Shown here: one piece after another, positions 51,601 through 62,451 of the stretch
How the letters are laid out: each line of letters opens with the position of its first letter
How positions within the stretch are numbered: the first letter of the stretch is position 1
Assembly (NCBI RefSeq): GCF_009914755.1
Contig: NC_060933.1
From: the human T2T-CHM13v2.0 reference genome, Homo sapiens
Direction: 5' to 3' (one strand)
Length of the DNA: 64,000 nt
Position numbers and translations under genes: made by a program
The notes under the pieces: generated by a model
Databases searched by the model: none
What the model was told of the DNA's origin: nothing
Seen by the model: only the letters and a program-made list of their open reading frames with translations

Positions 51601-54600
51601 TTCGATTCCATTCGATTGCACTCGGATTGATTCCATTCCATTGCATTCCATTCCATTCCATTCCATTCCATTCGGATTGATTCTATTCAATTCCCTTACA
51701 CTCCAATACATTCCATTCCATTCGGGTAGTTTCCATTCCATTCCATTCCATTCCTCTCCATTCCATTGAACTCGGGTTGATTCCATTCCATTCCATTCCA
51801 TTCCATTCCATTCCATTACATTACATTCCATTCCATTCCGTTCCATTGTACTCGGGTTGATTCCATTCCATTGCATTCCATTCCATTCCATTCCATTCCA
51901 TTCCATTCCATTCCGTTCCATTCCATTCCATTAAATTCGGATTGATTCTTTTCAACTCCCTTACTCTCCATTACATTCCATTACATTCGTGTTGTTCCAT
52001 TCCATTCCATTCCATTCCACTCCATTCCATTGCACTCGGGTTGATTCCATTCCATTCCATTCCATTCCGGATGATTCCATTCCATTGCATTCCGTTCCAT
52101 TACATTCCCCTGCACTCGGGTTGATTCCATTCCATTCCATTCCATTCCATTCGATTCCATTCCATTCCTCTGCACTCGCGTTGATTCCATTCCATTCCAT
52201 TCCATTCCATTCCATTCCATTCCATTCCTTTCCATTCCAGTCCTTTCCATTCCATTCCACTCGGGTTGATTCCATTCTATCAGTTTCCATTCCATTCCAT
52301 TCGCTTCCATTCCACTCTGGTTGATTCCATTCCTTTCCATTCCACTCGAATACATTCCCTCCTATTCCACTCGGAACGATTCCATTCCATTGCATTCCAT
52401 TCCATTCCATTCCATTTCGTCGCATTCCATTCTATTCCGTATCATTCCATTCCATTCCATTCCATTCCATTCCATTCCATTCCATTCCATTCCACTCGTG
52501 TTGATTCCATTCCTTTCCATTCCATTCGGTTTAAAGGCATTCCATTCCATTCCATTCCATTCCATTCCATTCCATTCCATTCTATTCGGGTTAATTCCAT
52601 TCCATTCCATTCGATTGCAATCGAGTTGATTCCATTCCATTCCATTCCATTCCATTCCATTCCTTTCCATTCCATTACGGATGATTCCATTCCATTGCAT
52701 TCCATTCCATTCCATTCCCCTGTACTCGGGTTGATTCCATTCCATTCCATTCCAATCCATGCCATTCCACTCGTGTTGATTCCATTCTTTCCATTCCATT
52801 CAAGTTGAATCCATTCCATTGCATTCCATTCCATTCCATTCCCCTGCAGTCTGGTTGATTCTATTCCATTCCATTCCATTCCATTCCATTCCATTCCGTT
52901 CCGTTCCGTTCCATTCCATTCCATTCCATTCTATTCGGGTTAATTCCATTCCATTCCATTCCATTCCATTCCATTCCATTCCAATCGAGTTGATTCCATT
53001 CCATTCCATTTCATTCCATTCCACTCCATTCCAGTCCTTTCCATTCCATTCCACTCGGGTTGATTCCAATGTATTCCTTTCCATTCCATTCCATTCCATT
53101 GAAATCCAGTTGATTCCATTGCTTTGCATTCCATTCCATTCCATTCCATTCCGGATGACTCCATTCCATTGCATTCCATTCCATTGCATTCCCCTGCACT
53201 CGGGTTGATTCCATTCCATTCCACTCCATTCCGTTGCATTCCATTCCATTCCATTGTATTCGGGTTAATTCCATTCCATTCCATTCCATTCCATTCCATT
53301 CCATTCCATTCCATTACAATCGAGTTGATTCCATTCCATTCCATTCCATTCCAGTCCTTTCCATTCCATTCCACTCGGGTTGATTACATTCTATTAGCTT
53401 CCATTCCATTCCGTTCCCTTCCATTCCACTCTGGTTGATTCCATTCCATTCCATTCCACTCGAATACATTCCCTCCTATTCCACTCGGAACGATTCCATT
53501 CCATTCCATTCCATTCCATTCCATTCCATTCCATTCCATTCCATTCCATTTCGTTCCATTACATTCTATTCCGTATCATTCCATTCCATTCCATTCCATT
53601 CCATTCCATTCCATTCCACTCGTGTTGATTCCATTCCTTTCCATTCCATTCGCTTTGAAGGCATTCCATTCCATTCCATTCCATTCCATTCCATTCCATT
53701 CCATTGTACTCGGGTTGATTCCATTCCATTGCATTCCATCCCATTCCATTCCATTCCAATCCGTTGCATTCCATTCCATTACATTCGGATTGATTCTATT
53801 CAACTCCCTTACTCTCCATTACATTCCATTCCATTCGGGTTGTTCCATTCCATTCCATTCCATTCCACTCCATTCCATTGCACTCGGGTTGATTCCATTC
53901 CTTTCCATTCCATTCCATTCCATTCCGGATGATTCCATTCCATTGCATTCCGTTCCATTACATTCCCCTGCACTCGCGTTGATTCCATTCCATTCCATTC
54001 CATTCCATTCCATTCAATTCCATTCCATTAGAATTCGTTCAATTCCATTCTATTCCGTACCATTCCATTCCATTCCATACCATTCCATTCTATTCCATTC
54101 CATTCCATTCCATTCCATTTCGTTCCATTCCGTTCCATTCCATTCCATTCCATTCTATTCGGGTTAATTCCATTCCATTCCATTCCATTCCATTCCATTC
54201 CATTCCATTCCATTCCAATCTATTCCATTCCATTGCAATCGAGTTGAATCCATTGCATTTCATTCCATTCCATTCCATTCCATTCCATTGCAATCGAGTT
54301 GAATCCATTGCATTTCATTCCATTCCATTCCATTCCATTCCATTCCGGAAGATTCCATTCCATTGCATTCCATTCCATTCCATTCCCCTGCACTCGCGTT
54401 GATTCCATTCCATTCCATTCCATTCCATTCCATTCCGTTCCGTTCCGTTCCATTTCATTCCATTCCATTCCATTCCATTCCGTTCCATTCCATTCCATTC
54501 CATTCCATTCTATTCGGGTTAATTCCATTCCATTCCATTCGATTGCAATCGAGTTGATTCCATTCCATTCCATTCCATTCCATTCCATTCCAATCGAGTT

Positions 54601-57600
54601 GATTCCATTCCATTCCATTCCATTCCATTCCACTCCATTCCAGTCCTTTCCTTTCCATTCCACTCGGGTTGATTCCATTCTATTCCTTTCCATTCCATTC
54701 CATTCCATTGCAATCGAGTTGATTCCATTGCTTTGCATTCCATTCCATTCCATTCCATTCCGGATGATTCCATTCCATTGCATTCCATTCCATTCCATTT
54801 CCCTGCACTCGGGTTGATTCCATTCCATTCCACTCCATTCCCTTCCATTCCATTCCATTCCATTGTATTCGGGTTAATTCCATTCCATGCCATTTCATTC
54901 CATTCCATTCCATTCCATTCCATTCTATTACAATCGAGTTGATTCCATTCCATTCCATTCCACTCCATTCCATTCCATTCCAGTCCTTTCCATTCCATTC
55001 CACTCGGGTTGATTCCATTCTATTAGTTTCCATTCCATTCCATTCCCTTCCATTCCACTCTGGTTGATTCCATTCCTTTCCATTCCACTCGAATACATTC
55101 CCTCCTATTCCACTGGGAACGATTCCATTCCATTCCATTCCATTCCATTCCATTCCATTCCATTCCATTCCATTCCATTTCCTTCCATTCCATTCTATTC
55201 CGTACCATTCCATTCCATTCCATTCCTTTCCATTCCATTCCATTCCATTCCACTCTTATTGATTCAATTCCTTTCCATTCCATTCGGTTTGAAGGCATTC
55301 CATTCCATTCAATTCCATTCCATTCCATTCCATTCCATTCCATTCCATTCCATTCCATTGTACTCGGGTTGATTCCATTCCATTCCATTCCATTCTATTC
55401 CATTCCGTTGCATTCCATTCCATTACATTCGGACTGATTCTATTCAACTCTCTTACTCTCCATTCCATTCCATTCCATTCGGGTTGTTCCATTCCATTCC
55501 ATTCCATTCCACTCCATTCCATTGCACTCGTGTTGATTCCATTCCATTCCATTCCATACCATTCCATTCCATTCCATTCCATTCCATTCCGTTCCATTCC
55601 GTTCCATTCCATTCCATTCCATTGCAATCGAGTTGATTCCATTCCATTCCATTCAATTCCGGATGATTCCATTCCATTGCCTTCAATTCCATTCCATTCC
55701 CCTGCACTCGGGTTGATTCCATTCCATTCCATTCCATTCCATTCCATTCCATTCCATTCCATTCCATTTCATTCCATTCCATTTCGTTCCTTTCCATTCT
55801 ATTCCGTACCATTCCATTCCATTCCATTCCATTCCATTCCATTCCATTCCATGCCATTCCACTCGGGTTGATTCCATTCCTTTCCATTCCATTCGAGTTG
55901 AATCCATTCCAATCCATTCCATTCCATTCGATTAAATTCCATTGCACACGGGTTCATTCCATTCCATTCCATTCCATTCCATTCCATTCCATTTCGTTCC
56001 ATTCCATTCTACTCCGTACCATTCCATTCCATTCCATTCCATTCCATTCCATTCCACTCCATGCCATTCCACTCGGGTTTATTCCATTCCTTTCCATTCC
56101 ATTCGGGTTGAATCCATTCCATTCCATTCCATTCCATTCGATTCCATTACATTGCACTCGGGTTGATTCCATTCCATTCCATTCCATTCCATTCCATTCC
56201 ATTTAGTTCCATTCCATTCTATTCCATACCATTCCATTCCATTCCATTCCATTCCACTCCATTCCATGCTATTCCTCTCGGGTTTATTCCATTCCTTTCC
56301 ATTCCATTCGGATTGAATCCATTCCTATCCATTCAATTCCATTCCACTCGATTCCATTACATTGCACTCGTGTTGTTTCCATTCCATTCCATTCCATTCC
56401 ATTTCATTCTATTCCATTCCATTCCATTCCATTCCATTCCATTCCATTCCATGCCATTCCACTCGGGTTGATTCCATTCCTTTCCATTCCATTCGAGTTG
56501 AAACCATTCCATTCCATTCCATTCCATTCCATTCCATTCCAATCCATTGCACACGGGTTCATTCCATTCCATTCCATTCCATTCCATTCCATTCCATTTC
56601 GTTCCATTCCATTCTATTCCGTAGCATTCCATTCCATTCCATTCCATTCGTTTCCATTCCATTCGGGTTGAATCCATTCCTTTCCATTCCATTCCGTTCA
56701 ATTCCATTCCATTGAACTCGGGTTGATTCCATTCCATTCCATGCCATTCCATTTCATTCCGTTCCATTCCATTCCATTACATTCGGATTGATTCTTTTCA
56801 ATTCCCTTACACTCCATTCCATTCCATTCCATTCGGGTAGTTTCCGTTCCATTCCATTCCATTCCACTCCATTGCATTGCACTCGGGTTGATTGATTCCA
56901 TTCCATTGCATTCCATTCCATTCCATTCCATTCCGGATGAATCCATTCCATTGCATTCCATTCCATTCCATTCCCCTGCACTCGGGTTGATTCCATTCCA
57001 TTCCATTCCGTTCCATTCCATTCCATTCCATTCCATTCTGTTCAGGTTAATTCCATTCCATTCCATTCCATTCCATTCCATTCCATTCCATTCCATTCCA
57101 TTCCATTGCAATCGAGTTGTTTCCATTGCATTCCATTCCATTCCATTCCATTGCATTCCATTGCATTCCATTCCCCTGCACTCAGTTTGATTCCATTCCA
57201 TTCCATTCCATTCCATTCCATTCCATTCCATTCCATTCCGGATGATTCCATTCCATTGCCTTCCATTCCACTCCATTCCCCTGCACTCGGGTTGATTCCA
57301 TTCCATTCCATTCCATTCCATTCCATTCCATTCCATTCCATTCCATTTCGTTCCATTCCACTCTATTCCATTCCATTCCATTCCATTCCATTCCATTCCA
57401 TTCCATTCCATTCTATTCGGGTTAATTTCATTCCATTCCATTCCATTCCATTCCATTCCATTCCATTCCATTCCATTCCATTCCATTGAAATCGAGTTGA
57501 TTCCATTTCATTCCATTCCATTCCATTCCATTCCATTCCATTCCGTTCCATTCCATTCCATTACATTCGGATTGATTGTATTCAATTCCCTTAAACTCCA

Positions 57601-60600
57601 TTACATTCCATTCCATTCGGGTTGTTTCCGTTCCATTACATTCCATTCCACTCCATTCCATTGCACTCAGGTTGATTCCATTCCATTCCATTCCATTCCA
57701 TTCCATTCCATTCCATTTCGTTCCATTCCATTCTATTCCGTACCATTCCATTCCATTCCATTCCATTCCATGCCATTCCACTCGGATTGATTCCATTCCT
57801 TTCCATTCCATTCGGGTTGAATCCATTCCATTCTATTCCATTGCATTCCGTTCCATTCCATTCCCCTGCAATCGGGTGGATTCCATTTTATTCAATTCCA
57901 TTCCATTCATTCCATTCCATTCCATTCCATTTCGTTCCATTCCATTCTATTCCGTACCTTTCCATTCCGTTCCATTCCATTCCATTCCATGCCATGCCAT
58001 TCCACTCGGGTTGATTCCATTCCTTTCCATTCCATTCTAGTTGAATCCATTCCATTGCATTCTATTCCATTCGATTCCATTCAATTGCACACGGGTTCAT
58101 TCTATTCCATTCCATTCCATTCCATTCCATTCCATTCCGTTCCATTCCATTCCATTTCGTTCCATTCCATTCTATTCCATACCATTCCCTTCCATTCCAT
58201 TCCATTCCCCTCCGTTCCATGCCATTCCACTCTGGTTTATTCCATTCCTTTCCATTCCATTCGGGTTGAATCCATTCCATTCCATTCCATTCCATTAAAT
58301 TCCATTCCATTCCATTCCATGCCATTCCACTCGGGTTGATTCCATTCCTTTCCATTCCATTCGAGTTGAACCCATTCCATTCCATTCCATTCCATTCCAT
58401 TGCTCACGGGTTCATTCCTTTCCATTCCATTCCATTCCATTCCATTTCGTTCCATTCCATTCTACTCCGTACCATTCCATTCCATTCCATTCCCTTCCAT
58501 GCCATTTCACTCGGGATTATTCCTTTCCTTTCCATTCCATTCGGGTTGAATCCATTCCATTCCATTCCATTGCATTCCATTCCATTCCATTCCCCTGTAA
58601 TCGGGTGGATTCCATTCTATTCCATTGCATTCCATTCCATTCCATTCCATTCCGTTCCATTTCGTTCCATTCCATTCTATTCCGTAACTTTCCATACCAT
58701 TCCATTCCATTCCATTCCATGCCATTCCACTCGGGTTGATTCCATTGCTTTCCATTCCATTAGGGTTGAATCTAATCCATTCCATTCCATTCCATTCCAT
58801 TCCATTCCATTGCACTAGGTTTGATTCCATTTCACTGCATTCCATTCCATTCCATTCCATTCCATTAAATTCCATTCCACTCGGGTTGATGCCATTCCTT
58901 TCCATTCCATTCGTGTTGAATCCATTCCATTCCATTCCATTACTTTCGATTCCATTCCATTGCACTCGGGTTGAACCCATTCCATTGGATTCCATTCCAT
59001 TCCATTGCATTCCATTCCGTTCCATTCCATTCCATTACATTCGTATTGATTCTGTTCAATTCCCTTACACTCCATTCCATTCCATTCCATTCCATTCGGG
59101 TTGTTTCCATTCCATTCCATTCCATTCCACTCCATTCCATTGCAATCGGGTTGATTCCATTCCATTCCATTCCATTCCATTCCGTATGATTCCATTCCAT
59201 TGCATTCCATTCCATTCCATTCCCCTGCACTCGGGTGGATTCCATTCTATTCCATTCCATTCCATTCCACTCTATTCCATTCCATTCCATTCCATTCCAT
59301 TCCATTCCATTCCATTCCATTCCATTCTATTCCATTCTATTCGGGTTAATTTCATTCCATTCCATTCCATTCCATTCCGTTCCATTCCATTCCATTCCAT
59401 TCCATTGAAATCGAGTTGATTCCATTTCATTCCATTCCATTCCATTCCATTCCATTCCATTCCATTGCATTTTATTCCGGTTAATTCCGTTCCATTCCAT
59501 TCCATTCCATTCCCTTCCATTCCATTCCATTCCATTCTATTAGGGTTAATTCCATTCCATTCCATTCCATTACATTCCATTGCAATCGAGTTGATTCCAT
59601 TCCATTCCATTCCATTCCATTCAATTCCGGATGATTGCATTCCATTGCCTTCCATTCCATTCCATTCACCTACACTCGGGTTTATTCCATTCCATTCCTT
59701 TCCATTCCATTCCATTCCATTCCATTCCATTCCATTCTATTAGGGTTAATTCCATTCCATTCCATTCCATTACATTCCATTGCAATCGAGTTGATTCCAT
59801 TCCATTCGATTCCATTCCATTGCACACGGGTTCATTCCATTCCATTCCATTCCTTTCCATTCCATTCCATTGCACACGGGTTCATTCCATTCCATTCCAT
59901 TCCATTACATTACATTCCATTTCGTTCCATTCCATTCTATTCCGTACCATTCCATTCCATTCCATTCCATTCCATTCCATTCCATTCCATTCCATTCCAT
60001 TCCACTCCATTCCATGCCATTCCACTCGGGTTTATTCCATTCCTTTCCATTCCATTCGGGTTGAATCCATTCCATTCCATTCCATTCCATTCCATTCCAT
60101 TCAATTCCATTACATAGCACTCGGGTTGATTCCATTGCATTCCATTCCATTCCATTGCATTCCATTCCATTCCATTCCATTCCATTGCATTCCATTCCAT
60201 GCCGTTCCACTCGGGTTGATTCCATTCCTTTCCATTCCATTCGAGTTGAACCCACTCCATTCCATTCCATTCCATTCCATTCCATTCCATTCCATTCTAT
60301 TCTATTCGGGTTAATTTCATTCCATTCCATTCCATTCCATTCCATTGCATTCCATTCCATTCCATTGAAATCGAGTTGATTCCATTTCATTCCATTCCAT
60401 TCCATTCCATTCCATTCCATTCCATTGCATTCTATTCCGGTTAATTCCATTCCATTCCATTCCCTTCCATTCCATTCCATTCCATTCTATTAGGGTTAAT
60501 TCCATTCCATTCCATTCCATTACATTCCATTGCAATCGAGTTGATTCCATTCCATTCGATTCCATTCCATTGCACACGGGTTCATTCCATTCCATTCCAT

Positions 60601-62409
60601 TCCTTTCCATTCCATTCCATTGCACACGGGTTCATTCCATTCCATTCCATTCCATTACATTACATTCCATTTCGTTCCATTCCATTCTATTCCGTACCAT
60701 TCCATTCCATTCCATTCCATTCCATTCCATTCCATTCCATTCCACTCCATTCCATGCCATTCCACTCGGGTTTATTCCATTCCTTTCCATTCCATTCGGG
60801 TTGAATCCATTCCATTCCATTCCATTCCATTCTATTCCATTCAATTCCATTACATAGCACTCGGGTTGATTCCATTGCATTCCATTCCATTCCATTGCAT
60901 TCCATTCCATTCCATTGCATTCCATTCCATTCCATTCCATTCCATTGCATTCCATTCCATGCCGTTCCACTCGGGTTGATTCCATTCCTTTCCATTCCAT
61001 TCGAGTTGAACCCATTCCATTCCATTCCATTCCATTCCATTCCATTCCATTGCAATCGAATTGATTCCATTCCATTCTATTCCATTCCATTCCATTCCAT
61101 TCCATTGCACTAGGTTTGATTCCATTCCACTGCATTCCATTCCATTCCATTCCATTCCATTCCGTTCCATTCCATTCCATTACATTCGGTTTGATTGTAT
61201 TCAATTCCCTTACACTCCATTTCATTCCATTCCATTCAGGTTGTTTCCATTCCATTCCAATCCATTCCACTCCATTCCATTGCACTCGGGTTGATTGCAT
61301 TCCATTCCATTCCATTCTACTCCATTTCGTTCCATTCCATTCTATTCGGTAGCATTCCATTCCATTCCATTCCAATCCATTCCATTCCATGCCATTCCAC
61401 TTGGGTTGATTCCCTTCCTTTCCAATCCATTCGGGTTGAATCCATTCCATTCCATTCCATTCCATTCCATTCCATTCCATTCCTTTCAATTCCATTGCAC
61501 ACGGGTTGGTTCCATTCCATTCCTTTCCGTTCCATTCCGGATGACTCCATTCCATTGCATTCCATTCCATTCCATTCCCCTGCACTCGGGTTCATTACCT
61601 TCCATTCCATTTACTTCCATTCCATTCCATTCCATTCTATTCGGGTTAATTCCATTCCATTCCATTGCATTCCATTGCATTGCATTCCATTCCATTCCAT
61701 TCCATGCCATTCCATTCCATTCCATTGCAATCGAGTTGATTCCATTCCATTCCATTCAATTCCGGATGATTCCATTCCATTGCCTTCAATTCCATTCCAT
61801 TCCCCTGCACTCGGTTTGATTCCATTCCATTCCATTCCATTCCATTCCATTCCATTCCATTCCATTTCGTTCCATTCCATTCTATTCCGTACCATTCCAT
61901 TCTATTCCATTCCATTCCATTCCACTCCACTCCATGCCATTCCACTCGGGTTTATTCCATTGCTTTCCATTCCATTCGTGTTGAATCCATTCCATTCCAT
62001 TCCATTCCATTCGATTCCATTCAATTGCTCACGTGTTCATTCCATTCCATTCCATTCCATTCCATTCCATTCCATTCCATTTCGTTCCATTCCATTCTCT
62101 TCCGTAGTATTCCATTCCATTCCATTCCACTCCATTCCATGCCATTCCACTCGGGTTTATTCCATTCCTTTCCATTCCATTCGGGTTGAATTCATTCCAT
62201 TGCATTCCATTCCATTCCATTCAATTCCATTACATTGCACTCGGGTTGATTCCATTCCATTCCTTTCCATTTCAATCCATTCCCTTCCATTCCATTTCAT
62301 TCCATTGCTTTCCATTCCATTCCATTCCATTCCATTCCATGCCATTCCACTCGGGTTGATTCCATTCCTTTCCATTCCATTCTAGTTGAACCCATTCCAT
62401 TCCATTCCA

Positions 62410-62451
62410 TTCCATTCCATTCCATTGCACACGGAATGGAATGGAATGGAA
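62410..62451. other. Inversion junction J2' (CATTC->GGAAT), direct copy of J2
   Basis: tccattgcac-acgg-aatggaatggaatggaaacaacccg; offset 53541 from J2. Confidence 0.92.

Larger units (their letters stand above)
13350..54356. promoter_or_regulatory. Dispersed set of ~28 perfect 3-unit heat-shock elements (nTTCnnGAAnnTTCn), putative HSF1 sites
   Basis: aTTCcgGAAgaTTCc or its reverse complement at e.g. 13350, 14200, 14893, 18124, 18977, 19472, 25208, 29297, 34126, 39334, 43172, 48942 and 54342. The consensus match is seen directly; binding is inferred. Confidence 0.55.
17100..62432 (-). repeat. HSat3 block (~45.3 kb), CATTC on +
   Basis: CATTC pentamers from gtttattccat (17100) to ccattgcacac (62432), with no strand switch seen in between. 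Confidence 0.93.
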
